A DNA stretch of 64,000 nt from a virus (IMGVR_UViG_2974692648_000001:32001-96000), one strand, 5' to 3'. Numbered from the stretch's first letter, positions 37,314 through 46,734 are shown. A program made the numbers and translations. The notes: generated by a model from the sequence alone, not told the origin.

Positions 37314-38852
37314 TTATGCATCGAAATCGTCGAACTCATTACCGTCATCATCGAGTTGGACTTTAAACGAACGGCGACACTGGTTCTTACCATTTATGTC
37401 ATGAACTAAGCCTTTGGTCGGGTCGAGGTCATAAATGCCGAAGCGATCACTCATTGGAGAACCTTCACCACCTCGCGCTTTACCTAAGGACCATGTGAAG
37501 TACGCTCTATCTCCACCCGGTTTAGCAACGTGGAATGTGAACTCGTAATCTACTTCGTTGGTAATCTTCGTAGAAGTCTCGGTCATGGATTTGCCACCGA
37601 CTTCACGGGCGAAGTAAAGTTCAGATTCATCATCTGCTTCACGGAGATGTTTCTTTGCTTCTGGTGATAACTGGTGGGGAGTCACAAAAGCGATACCCCG
37701 GTTTACCATAAAGGCACGAGTCCGACGATATAAGTCTTGTAACTTATCGCCTTTAGTTTCACCCGTCATCCCCTTTAAGTCAGCCATCGCCAAATAGTCG
37801 TAAGCATAGAAAATGATCTCATGACCTTTCATCTCTAACTTACGGATACGGTCTGTGATGTTGTAGTAGTTATCTTCCGTTGGGTTAACACGGTTGATTT
37901 TCAACACCCAACCGTTCTCAGCAAAAGCGTCGATGATAACTTTAGCGATATCCGCAGCCGGTGTAGAAGTGAAGTCCCCAACTTCACCAGTCTTGTTTAC
38001 CATGATCAGTTTGTAGATACGTTCAATGATAACGTCCAACGCATCTTCTGCTGAATCCAATAATACGGTCGGTATACGACTTCGGTCACGCAACATCGGT
38101 TTGTTGTATAAACCAACAGACGCCACTACATGACCTAGACCAAATGACTTACCACGGTTAGTCAGGGCGTTAATCAAGTAGAACTTACCACGACGTAATC
38201 CACAGTCCGGATACAACGCACGGTTCATACCTTGCAAGCCTAATTTAAGTACACCCTCTGCGGAGGATTCTTCTTTGGCTCGTTCAATGATTTTAGTGAA
38301 AGAGTCTGGGTCATCAGTATCAACGGACTCCACCAGTGAAGGGTCTTTATCCCCTAACATCTTTTGAGTCAATTGATCTTCAATCATGTCGGCTAATGCT
38401 GCCCACTTCTCTTTGGTCATCTTAGATGGATCACCGAAGAAAGGTTCTTTGATTGCTTCTTTAAAATCCAGACCAAACTTTTCGTCTGCTCGTGCTTTAC
38501 GGATTTCTTTGATGTGCTGGTAGATGACCTGTCGGGTGCGTTCTTCTGATGGGTAATCTTCCAGACCGTATTCGATACTGGATTTTAATTCTGGAGCTTC
38601 TTTAGAGAAATCAAGCACACGCTGCATTAAGTTTGATTTTATGACCGGTTCGTCTTTTGGCTGGTCCAGAACCCACTTAATGGTGTCCCTGATTGAAACC
38701 TCTATCTTTTTGTCTTGGGTAAAAACGTCGCCCTTTGCTTCTGGTATGAGCGCCAAGGTATCGAGTAATTCTTGTGTCAAAGATTCGTCGGTCAGCTTAC
38801 TCGCTTGATAGAGAGACGTTAGTATCTTGACTAATTGTAACAGCGGACTCAT
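37314..38852 (-). CDS. dnaB: DnaB-like replicative helicase (phiKZ gp118-like)
   Basis: Walker A ALTNRGKS after GLRRG, SAE, Walker B YDYL, TPHQLS, KARGG; divergent from the capsid gene. Confidence 0.85.
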   Translation of the reverse strand: MSPLLQLVKILTSLYQASKLTDESLTQELLDTLALIPEAKGDVFTQDKKIEVSIRDTIKWVLDQPKDEPVIKSNLMQRVLDFSKEAPELKSSIEYGLEDYPSEERTRQVIYQHIKEIRKARADEKFGLDFKEAIKEPFFGDPSKMTKEKWAALADMIEDQLTQKMLGDKDPSLVESVDTDDPDSFTKIIERAKEESSAEGVLKLGLQGMNRALYPDCGLRRGKFYLINALTNRGKSFGLGHVVASVGLYNKPMLRDRSRIPTVLLDSAEDALDVIIERIYKLIMVNKTGEVGDFTSTPAADIAKVIIDAFAENGWVLKINRVNPTEDNYYNITDRIRKLEMKGHEIIFYAYDYLAMADLKGMTGETKGDKLQDLYRRTRAFMVNRGIAFVTPHQLSPEAKKHLREADDESELYFAREVGGKSMTETSTKITNEVDYEFTFHVAKPGGDRAYFTWSLGKARGGEGSPMSDRFGIYDLDPTKGLVHDINGKNQCRRSFKVQLDDDGNEFDDFDA

Positions 38853-38897
38853 AAATGCTCCAATTTAATGTATATCTTTAAAGGTTAAAGGTTGAAT

Positions 38898-39464
38898 ATG
38901 AAATTTGTGAATAGTGGTCTGTCCGCACCTAAAAAGGTTTGGGTGTTAACCGACCAACAGTTACTAAGTTTAGATGCAGCAGGTATAGGATTTGACCGTT
39001 TGTCAGAACTTCCTACTTTACTTGATAAGTTGCCTGAGCAAGATGTTATCGACATTGCATTAACTCAATACCGAGTCGGTTTGAAGTTTGGTGTGGACGT
39101 TGGAAACGTGTTCGAACAATTTAATGATGACTATAAAGATATCCTGCTCAGTAAAATTAAAACCGAACAGAAACGTCTTTCTAAGGTACAACATCTTACG
39201 GAATTGAAGAACTACAGTAAATTCTATGTACATAACACTAATGAATTATTGGTGTTGGTCATCACAGACGCTGAAGTGTCTATGAATTATATTAGTGGAC
39301 TATGTGCTTCGTTCACTGAGCTACATGTGCAGTCGTTTACCGAAAGCATGTTGAAAGCATTGTATCAAACTTACGGTTACACCTACCTTCATCATAAAGA
39401 GTGTTGCCGCAATTTGATAGATGGAGAGTTCAACTTGGCTAAGGTTTACCAAGCATTGGTCTAG
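38898..39464 (+). CDS. Hypothetical protein between helicase and capsid genes
   Basis: About 188 aa, AAAGG RBS before ATG 38898. Confidence 0.7.
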   Translation: MKFVNSGLSAPKKVWVLTDQQLLSLDAAGIGFDRLSELPTLLDKLPEQDVIDIALTQYRVGLKFGVDVGNVFEQFNDDYKDILLSKIKTEQKRLSKVQHLTELKNYSKFYVHNTNELLVLVITDAEVSMNYISGLCASFTELHVQSFTESMLKALYQTYGYTYLHHKECCRNLIDGEFNLAKVYQALV

Positions 39465-39563
39465 TGTGTTGTAACATTCTATGTGCAACAGAAAAGCACA
39501 AACAAATATTTGTTTATGTTTATCATTAAAATTAATACATTTTTTCGATAAAGGAAAAGAGTA

Positions 39564-41756
39564 ATGAAAAGAAATATCGTAGCTCAGCTGACCCCTAGTT
39601 CTGCTGGCGTTTACACAGCTATCAAAGCGGGTCTTAACCAAGGCGCTTTCCAGTCGTTTGCTGGTGTTGAATCTCTACAAACAGCGAGCGAGCAATTAGG
39701 CTTGGTTACTGGTAACGAATCATTCAGTGGTTCTGCGCGTGAAACACTTAAAGCCCTAACTGGTGAACAGCAATTCGCTGTAATCAACTCTGTGCAGCGT
39801 GCACTAGAGAAAAACTCTGTTGACGGCATGGAATCTCTACTAAGCGAAGAAAAGAAAGTCGCTGGTATGGAAGGTTTCTCTTGGGCTCAGTCTCCTGGTC
39901 ATTCTGTTGAAGGCAAAGCGGCTTCTATCACACTTAACGCTCTAGCTCACCGTCAAACTGACGCAGCTGAAGCGATGTTCAAGACGGTTTCTGTTCCTTA
40001 CGAATCAGAGCAACTTGAATACACAGTTCGTACTTCAGGTCTAGGTCGTTACATCTACGGTGCATCTGCATTTGATTCAGCGTCTCAACTACAACCTGTT
40101 ACAAGCCTACTGCGTCAGTCTAAATACTTCCTAGACGACACACTAGAGCTAACTCCGGTTTACCCAGCGGCATCTGATTCTCCAGTTCGCAAGCTATTCG
40201 TTGACGAAGCAGACTTCACTCCTTGGGAAAAGTCTTACTCTAACGCGGACGCACTACGTCGCTCAAACCACCTAACGTCTTTCATTAAGACTGGTAAAAC
40301 AATTACCAACCTACTAGGTATCGCTGAAGTACCTGGACAGACTCCTTTCGATAACTCAACTGACGAAATCGAAGCGAACTCTATCACTGTTCAGAAAGTT
40401 CTATTCAAAGTAACTATCGGTGGCACTGACCACGTTCTAGTACTTCCAACGAACAACTTCACAAACTCTTCTTTCGGTGTGACTTCTAACGGCCACAGCT
40501 CTGACGACCGTCTACTAAACATGGTTGTAAAAGCTCTACCTGTTACTGCGTTCCAAGCAAAAGACGGCACTGAAACAACAGCATTCGATCCAGTACAAGC
40601 TGGCGGCGCTAAAGCTTACTTCAGCTTTACACTTGGTGGTACTTACCAACGTCAAACTAACTCGATCACGACTAACGCGTCTGATCTAAACCTTGACTAC
40701 ATCGAACTAGATGACGTTAAGCACAACCAGGCTACTAAGTCTACTACTGTGAAAGCGCTATTCAGCAAGTTCGAAAACGGTCAAGTGATCGGTTGGTTGC
40801 CTTCGTACAACCACAACAACGTTAACCGTACTAACTTCGGTTACCGTGTTGAAGTGTTCGACGCACACAAAGTGATGAACGTTCGTCGCGAAACTCCTAT
40901 CTCTGTGAAATACCCAGTTGATAAGAACGACGTGAACGAAGAGTCTCTAAGCTTCGCTATCGAAGAGATGAACACAATCCTACAAGCGCAAACTACAGCT
41001 AAAGCTTACCAAGCTGCTGAAGGTCACATTGCACGCGTAGCATCTCTAAACGGTCACGCGATCGTAGGTAACGAACAGTCTGCTTCTGTAATGGCTGGTA
41101 TGCACTTCGTTAACGCTTCTTACCTAAACCGTAAGATGAAGCTAGCGGACGCTGTATCTGCTCTTGACTCTACTACAGTTCTAGAAGCTGTAGAGAAAAC
41201 GCTAACTATGAACATCACTGAGCTATGTGCAGCACTAAGCACAGTGTCTGGTCTAGCGGCGATTTCTGAGTACCGTCGTATCGACAAGAAGTGGGTAATC
41301 GTTGGTCACCAAAACCTAGCACGCTACATGATCCGTCAAGGTGATGCACGTACTATCGGTGCTGGTATCTCGTTCCAAGCGATCGAGTCTAACCTAGACG
41401 ACATGATCGGTAAGTTCTACATCTTCCCAGAATCTGACACTAACGGCGAAAACATCGACGTTATCGGTGGCATGGGTGTGATGGTTTCTAAAGAACACCA
41501 AGTGATCCAAGCGAACCTAACTCGTAACAACGCGGACTTCGGTATCGTAATCACTCAACCAGCATACAAACACCACTCTGTATGTCCTATCATCGGTGTA
41601 CTAGAAATCGAAGATGCGAAACACGCAATCGACGAAGAAGGTCTAATCCGTTACCTAAACGCTCAGCGCGTAAAAGTAACTAACGCCGACGAGTTCCCTG
41701 AAGCTGGTGGTGCTGCTGGTGCATCAGCTGACGCTGACGCTGGTAAACTACCATAG
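39564..41756 (+). CDS. Major capsid protein precursor (phiKZ gp120-like)
   Basis: 730 aa, strong codon bias, propeptide with AGVE/TGNE/DGME/AGME-GF, TATG at 39480, position next to the helicase. Confidence 0.88.
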   Translation: MKRNIVAQLTPSSAGVYTAIKAGLNQGAFQSFAGVESLQTASEQLGLVTGNESFSGSARETLKALTGEQQFAVINSVQRALEKNSVDGMESLLSEEKKVAGMEGFSWAQSPGHSVEGKAASITLNALAHRQTDAAEAMFKTVSVPYESEQLEYTVRTSGLGRYIYGASAFDSASQLQPVTSLLRQSKYFLDDTLELTPVYPAASDSPVRKLFVDEADFTPWEKSYSNADALRRSNHLTSFIKTGKTITNLLGIAEVPGQTPFDNSTDEIEANSITVQKVLFKVTIGGTDHVLVLPTNNFTNSSFGVTSNGHSSDDRLLNMVVKALPVTAFQAKDGTETTAFDPVQAGGAKAYFSFTLGGTYQRQTNSITTNASDLNLDYIELDDVKHNQATKSTTVKALFSKFENGQVIGWLPSYNHNNVNRTNFGYRVEVFDAHKVMNVRRETPISVKYPVDKNDVNEESLSFAIEEMNTILQAQTTAKAYQAAEGHIARVASLNGHAIVGNEQSASVMAGMHFVNASYLNRKMKLADAVSALDSTTVLEAVEKTLTMNITELCAALSTVSGLAAISEYRRIDKKWVIVGHQNLARYMIRQGDARTIGAGISFQAIESNLDDMIGKFYIFPESDTNGENIDVIGGMGVMVSKEHQVIQANLTRNNADFGIVITQPAYKHHSVCPIIGVLEIEDAKHAIDEEGLIRYLNAQRVKVTNADEFPEAGGAAGASADADAGKLP

Positions 41757-41789
41757 AGCGAACTAGTTAACTAAACCGTTAACTTACTT

Positions 41790-41827
41790 TAATACTCCTC
41801 CCTGCTTTCGGGCAGGGAGGAGTATTA
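41790..41827 (+). terminator. Strong terminator after the capsid gene
   Basis: TAATACTCCTCCCTGCT-TTCG-GGCAGGGAGGAGTATTA. Confidence 0.85.
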
Positions 41828-41840
41828 TGTTTCTGTTAAA

Positions 41841-41884
41841 TTTTTACAAACCTATATTATCTTCCTGATGCATGACGATGTATC
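41841..41884 (+). promoter_or_regulatory. Putative early promoter plus 5' hairpin
   Basis: TTTTTACAAACCTATATTATC then GATGCAT-GACG-ATGTATC; precedes the operon with the nvRNAP subunit, which is expected to be early. Confidence 0.65.
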
Positions 41885-41937
41885 GTTTAATTACTTAATT
41901 AAGTTTTGTTGTACATTACCTCATGAGGAAATATATT

Positions 41938-43008
41938 ATGTCTGTAAAGATCCCTTCTAACTTTCTTGAACGTCCGCAAATCTATGGACGTGAGAAACCA
42001 GCACATCGCGAACATATAAACGTCGAAGTCTTAAACTACACAACGGAAGACTTGTTCATAAAACGCAGTTCATACAACACCGTGTGTCAACCGCTTACTA
42101 TTATGGACGAGCCAAGATGTTGTGTAGAAGTCATTGTTACTTATTCTTTTAACTTCGAAAACATTCCTTCTTTCTTTGAACCGGAAACTCCACTGGACTT
42201 ATACATCATGTTTAAGATCAGAGAAGCGTACCGCAATAAGTCGGAGGAGGAATTAATCGCATTTGGTGGTCAAATCAATGGACGATTGGTAATCGGGATA
42301 TCCCGTACCAACTTAGGGGAATACGTAGGAAGCGATGGTGGTGTACACTCTCGGCTTTTAAGTATGTCTTTTTATCCCTTCCAAAAACTTGAAAAGGACT
42401 TTGTTAAGATTCCGTCTCCGTTTTATTCTGGTATCACTGTTGATCCCAGTGGTAATCGAGTAGATCGTAATTCTCCAACACAAGTTCTTTATGAGTACGT
42501 AAATAACACCAACCCGGACGCAGTCATTTATACGCCTGTAAACGGTCAGGTGTTGAAACTCGTCCCTAAGCAAGATCCAAATCAAGAAGATGGATTAAAA
42601 CTTACCGTAACTTCTATATTAGGTATGAAAGAAATATTTTCACCAATACCTGATCCGGTTGTTAATCGGGAAAAGTTCTTTAAAGCATTAGAAGATAACA
42701 ATCTTTATTTGTCGTCCTCTGAAGCCTTAGAGTCCATTAATAGTAAATCTTTACAGCAAGCCACATCTATGGTGTCCTCACTGCAAACTAAAGTGAAGGC
42801 GCTAGAGAAGGAAACCCTTACACTGAGGGAAGCACATGGTAAGCTTAAAGAAACGAATAGCAAGCAACAACTCAAACATGAACAAACTTCGGTTTGGAGT
42901 AAATTATTTGAATCGGTAATCAAAGTGCCATTCAACATAATCGGACACTTGCTAGAAGCTAAATTAACCCAGGTCTTAGCACCCAAGTTAATGTCAGCTA
43001 TTTTGTAA
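41938..43008 (+). CDS. Conserved hypothetical protein with C-terminal coiled coil (phiKZ gp122-like)
   Basis: GAGGA RBS before MSVKIP; synteny. Confidence 0.7.
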   Translation: MSVKIPSNFLERPQIYGREKPAHREHINVEVLNYTTEDLFIKRSSYNTVCQPLTIMDEPRCCVEVIVTYSFNFENIPSFFEPETPLDLYIMFKIREAYRNKSEEELIAFGGQINGRLVIGISRTNLGEYVGSDGGVHSRLLSMSFYPFQKLEKDFVKIPSPFYSGITVDPSGNRVDRNSPTQVLYEYVNNTNPDAVIYTPVNGQVLKLVPKQDPNQEDGLKLTVTSILGMKEIFSPIPDPVVNREKFFKALEDNNLYLSSSEALESINSKSLQQATSMVSSLQTKVKALEKETLTLREAHGKLKETNSKQQLKHEQTSVWSKLFESVIKVPFNIIGHLLEAKLTQVLAPKLMSAIL

Positions 43009-43053
43009 TCTTACCTATGTGTTACCTCGCTAAAATAATAAGAGGAAACACAA

Positions 43054-44727
43054 ATGGACCCGAGGTTACTTGATGCTATCGACGAAACCATGCCCCGTAT
43101 GAATACGGAGTTAACAAAGGGATTCCATGCACGTCAGTTCGAAGATATCGAAAAATGGTACGAGCGGCAATTACGCATGATCCTAAAGTCGTTAGAATCC
43201 AAAGGGGTGAAGTTTCATGGGTTAAGACCCGTACGCCCCGATGAGATGTTCAAGGTTATTAGCGAAACGACTCAGAACAAAACCTTTGAGACCAATAAAG
43301 AATCACTTTATCCAACACGGCTAGACATCACATACACCGATAATCAAGGTGTGGAGCGTGTCTTCCCTAACATCTACGTTATGCTCCCGTTTACCGACGA
43401 GTATGGCGATATGTATTTACGTGACTCTTTATACTCATTGCAGATCGTTCTCGCAGACCGTGGTCTGAGTGTTACCAAAGATGAACAGATCTTTGTGAGA
43501 ATTCTTGGTTACAAGTTCAAAATAGGCACGGAGAACATCGGTTTCGATCGATTGTATCCGAGCTTAAATGGCAACCGTACTGCACCCATGCAGCTTAACT
43601 TGCCCGCCAACCGCTTCTATACACCAAAAGAAGCGTGGCGAGTTAACCCGAAGAAAGTACCTGAACCTTTATTGGCTTGGTACATGTTCGCGGAATACGG
43701 TGTAACCAAAACGATGGAAAAATATGGTGAATGCGAAATTGCCGTAGGGGAAAGTGATGTCATTAGTGACAGCTACCCTGAAAGCGAAGGTTGGGAGATC
43801 TACGCAAATAGTGGTCGACGTTCAGAGAGACAGTTGACGAAGACTTCTATTTTCAACTCCTTTGCGATTGCGGTTCGTCCGTTAAATCGTAAACGGGGAG
43901 AGATTCCAACAGTGACATTACAATACGTAGCAAGTTTAATATTCTTGTTTGATTGCGGTTCCACGCTAGTTGATTTAGATCGACTAGATGACCGAATGTT
44001 CTGGCGTTTGATTATTGGTATGTCGTCCATGTCCTCTCGAGGCGGTGCGGATAACATATTGCGTCAAATGAAAGACCATTTTCAAAGCATCTATGAATAC
44101 ATGGATGAGAGTTCAATCAAGCGCTTTGCAGCGCAACGAATTGTTGTGAATGATATGTTCGATTTGTTCAACTACATCATCGCAAACCGTACTGAAATCG
44201 TTAAAACTGTCGACCGAGCTGATATGCTCCATAAAGAAGTCTGTTCACTAGAATACACGATGGACCGTCTCATCGTCCGAGCTAATCGTTTTAAACACGA
44301 TATTAAAAATATCACTGATCTGAACACGAGCAAGGTAGGTCACACTATCGTCCGCTGGTTTGGTCTAAGAGATATAGAACCCGCCGCCCGAGAATCTAAC
44401 TTGATCCAAGAGTCAACACCAACCGATTGCCCATTGGCAGATTATGTGTTAGGTGTCATGACTCAGGCTAAGGTTTGTTCAACACGAGGCAGCAAACGAG
44501 CTGGCTTTAACGTCAGCGACCCGGCTAACGGTATTCATCCGTCGTTACCATTCACTATGTCTCCTGAGCGCATTACTAAACCGGATCCAGATGGTCGTGG
44601 GTATCTTAGCCCAACCGTTCATTTGAATCTGTCTAATTGTATCGTGCTTGATCCAAAACTTCGGGATTTGTATAACGCCACTACTGCTCGTTTGACGACA
44701 CGTCAGCCGAGAGACAACCAAAAATGA
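43054..44727 (+). CDS. Non-virion RNA polymerase beta subunit, N-terminal part (phiKZ gp123-like)
   Basis: 557 aa; LPFTDEYGDMYL resembles the RpoB P.MT..G.F.I segment, IHPS…PE..TK..P..RG.L resembles the beta fork region; synteny after the capsid gene. Confidence 0.75.
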   Translation: MDPRLLDAIDETMPRMNTELTKGFHARQFEDIEKWYERQLRMILKSLESKGVKFHGLRPVRPDEMFKVISETTQNKTFETNKESLYPTRLDITYTDNQGVERVFPNIYVMLPFTDEYGDMYLRDSLYSLQIVLADRGLSVTKDEQIFVRILGYKFKIGTENIGFDRLYPSLNGNRTAPMQLNLPANRFYTPKEAWRVNPKKVPEPLLAWYMFAEYGVTKTMEKYGECEIAVGESDVISDSYPESEGWEIYANSGRRSERQLTKTSIFNSFAIAVRPLNRKRGEIPTVTLQYVASLIFLFDCGSTLVDLDRLDDRMFWRLIIGMSSMSSRGGADNILRQMKDHFQSIYEYMDESSIKRFAAQRIVVNDMFDLFNYIIANRTEIVKTVDRADMLHKEVCSLEYTMDRLIVRANRFKHDIKNITDLNTSKVGHTIVRWFGLRDIEPAARESNLIQESTPTDCPLADYVLGVMTQAKVCSTRGSKRAGFNVSDPANGIHPSLPFTMSPERITKPDPDGRGYLSPTVHLNLSNCIVLDPKLRDLYNATTARLTTRQPRDNQK

Positions 44728-44763
44728 GTCATCAAAACCCAAACTTTCCACTGTGAAAATCAG

Positions 44764-45033
44764 TTGAGAAGTATTAGAGCTAACCACAAGACAAATTATT
44801 TTGCTGAACTCAATGTTAAATTCAATGGCGGACCTATCCAACCTGAAGAACCAACACAAAGCGTCAGCACGTCACCTGACACCCAGTCAGAGTGGGTGGC
44901 TAAAAAGGTTCCTCAACTTCTCTTACTTAAAGAGATCAACGCCCTTCGTGACAAATTAGAAATGCCACGATTAAAAGCTCGTTGGTCCCCTAACGGTGAT
45001 ATCATTGATATCGAGGAAGAACCATGCAAGTAA
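44764..45033 (+). CDS. Hypothetical protein, start unresolved
   Basis: Open frame in phase with the upstream TGA; no ATG or clear RBS at 44764. Confidence 0.55.
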   Translation: MRSIRANHKTNYFAELNVKFNGGPIQPEEPTQSVSTSPDTQSEWVAKKVPQLLLLKEINALRDKLEMPRLKARWSPNGDIIDIEEEPCK

Positions 45034-45761
45034 AATTAAGTGAATTGTCGTCACAACAATTAACGGAAACCATGATTGAGAGGCAGCACTTCGATGAAAA
45101 GTTGCTACGTGATTGGCTGAGTGTAAAATCGGAGATGGGTGAATTAGATTCACTACCTATGACTCTGAACATCGAAATCGACGGTAAATTCTATAACGTC
45201 ATTGTACCAATGAATACCCCGGAATACGCTTGTATCTCGAACCTTCCGTTTTATCCGGTGGCGGTGGCTAAGACTAAGTTAGAATACCACGAAATAGCCG
45301 ACTCCATAATCCTGAGTGATTACAAGTCACATGGTGTGGTTTCGAGCGCTATGCGTGAATTCCTGGTCATGGCTCAAAACAAGCAGAACTCTTATCCCTT
45401 CATTTATGAGATAGTGACGGAGGATGAAAAGCTTACTTTGAGCATGTTGACTGAGAACGCACTTCATATGAATCCTTCGGAGTGGACTGCTCGTTATGTC
45501 GATTACCAAGACTTAACTGTTTATAACCGTAAATCACTCAATGAGCGCGTTGAGGGTGGTCCCACTAATTCATCCGACGAGATGTTCAAAGAAGTTGGTA
45601 ACTCTTTACAGGAAGCCATACAGGAAGTTAAAGAGTCACCCCTGGGTGAGCACATCGAAGGTGGTATGGGTGAAGACGGTCGTTACGTAGTTAAAACCTT
45701 CCGTCAGTTCCATACCCGTGAAGAGTACTTGGATTACATGCGTAAAGTCATGGACCTATAA
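45024..45761 (+). CDS. Hypothetical protein
   Basis: 245 aa, GAGGA RBS. Confidence 0.75.
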   Translation: MQVKLSELSSQQLTETMIERQHFDEKLLRDWLSVKSEMGELDSLPMTLNIEIDGKFYNVIVPMNTPEYACISNLPFYPVAVAKTKLEYHEIADSIILSDYKSHGVVSSAMREFLVMAQNKQNSYPFIYEIVTEDEKLTLSMLTENALHMNPSEWTARYVDYQDLTVYNRKSLNERVEGGPTNSSDEMFKEVGNSLQEAIQEVKESPLGEHIEGGMGEDGRYVVKTFRQFHTREEYLDYMRKVMDL

Positions 45762-45769
45762 TAAAGACC

Positions 45770-45801
45770 TAACCCTACCTCCCGTAAAGGAGGTAGGGTT
45801 A
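45770..45801 (+). terminator. Intrinsic terminator (CCTACCTCC family)
   Basis: TAACCCTACCTCC-CGTAAA-GGAGGTAGGGTTA followed by a T-rich tract. Confidence 0.8.
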
Positions 45802-45813
45802 TCTTTACTTTCT

Positions 45814-45913
45814 TATTTTTTTAACATACAGTTTGTTTCAAACCTATATAACCTAAGTGTATAAACATGAGTATATACGAAACTTAATCATTAACCTTAA
45901 GAAGGAACACACC
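45814..45913 (+). promoter_or_regulatory. Putative early promoter/leader, near-copy of 760-864
   Basis: TTTTTTAACATACAGTT…TTTCA.A.CTATATA..CTA.GTGTATAA.CAT..GTATATAC…TTAACCTT…AAGGAACAC shared with the 760 region. Confidence 0.7.
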
Positions 45914-46387
45914 ATGACTAACACTAACAAATCTCAAGAAACTAAAGCTACTCAAACTCAACCTATCATCACTGACGATTTCGATAAACCAGTGATCGGT
46001 AAGAATGAAGCAGTAGTTAATCCAACACCAGAACATGTTGACGATAAACCAAAAACTGAAGAAGAAGTTAGAGAAGAAGTTAAATCTAACATCAACATTT
46101 ACACTTTGGCGGGTGGTCTTATCGGCGCAGGCATAGGTGCGGCACGTACTAAATCCGTTGCTGGCTTTTGCACCGGGGTGGGTGCGTCAGCGGCAGCTAG
46201 CTGGATGACGGCTAAAGGTGAAGCTGAGCCACTTAAAGATGCGGCTAAAGGTCTACTTGCCGGGTTTGCCTCTAGTGTGCTTGTGAGCGAAGCACTCGCT
46301 TATACTAACATTGGGTCGGATTCATCACATGATTCTGACGAAGTAATCAAGACTGTAACTGAAACAGTAACTGAGAGTGAAGAGTAA
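45914..46387 (+). CDS. Glycine-zipper-like putative membrane protein
   Basis: AAGGA RBS; TLAGGLIGAGIGAA…PLKDAAKGLLAG. Confidence 0.8.
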   Translation: MTNTNKSQETKATQTQPIITDDFDKPVIGKNEAVVNPTPEHVDDKPKTEEEVREEVKSNINIYTLAGGLIGAGIGAARTKSVAGFCTGVGASAAASWMTAKGEAEPLKDAAKGLLAGFASSVLVSEALAYTNIGSDSSHDSDEVIKTVTETVTESEE

Positions 46388-46388
46388 C

Positions 46389-46694
46389 ATGGAAGAAATA
46401 ACCAAAGAGTTTTCAAAAACATACTACATTAACACCTCAACATTAGGTGGTGGGTTAATTGGTTCAGCGTTAGGAGGTTTAATTACTAACTCCTGTACTG
46501 GTGTGGTGAGCGGTGCTATTAACTCTGTCATCTACGCTACGTCTTCTGAACCTCGTCCGGAAGATGAAGAACCAGCTCCTTTACGAGATACTGTTAAAGG
46601 TCTTCTCATGGGAGCGGCGACGGCGACGATTACCGGATCCCTCGCTAACTCCATCTTTGGATCCAAAGACGATTCAGATGAAGTAGAGAAATAA
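46389..46694 (+). CDS. Glycine-zipper-like protein, tandem paralog of the previous gene
   Basis: TLGGGLIGSALGG…PLRDTVKGLLMG. Confidence 0.8.
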   Translation: MEEITKEFSKTYYINTSTLGGGLIGSALGGLITNSCTGVVSGAINSVIYATSSEPRPEDEEPAPLRDTVKGLLMGAATATITGSLANSIFGSKDDSDEVEK

Positions 46695-46700
46695 ATAGAT

Positions 46701-46734
46701 TAAGATGTTATGGGTGAAAGCCCGTAACATCTTA
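46701..46734 (+). terminator. Terminator-like GAAA-loop hairpin
   Basis: TAAGATGTTATGGGT-GAAA-GCCCGTAACATCTTA, T-run shortly after. Confidence 0.7.

Noticed and set aside
41690-41790. Capsid C-terminal Ala/Gly linker as a frameshift or readthrough site to a decoration domain
   Set aside because: Stop codons follow within a few codons and a strong terminator comes next, leaving no coding room.
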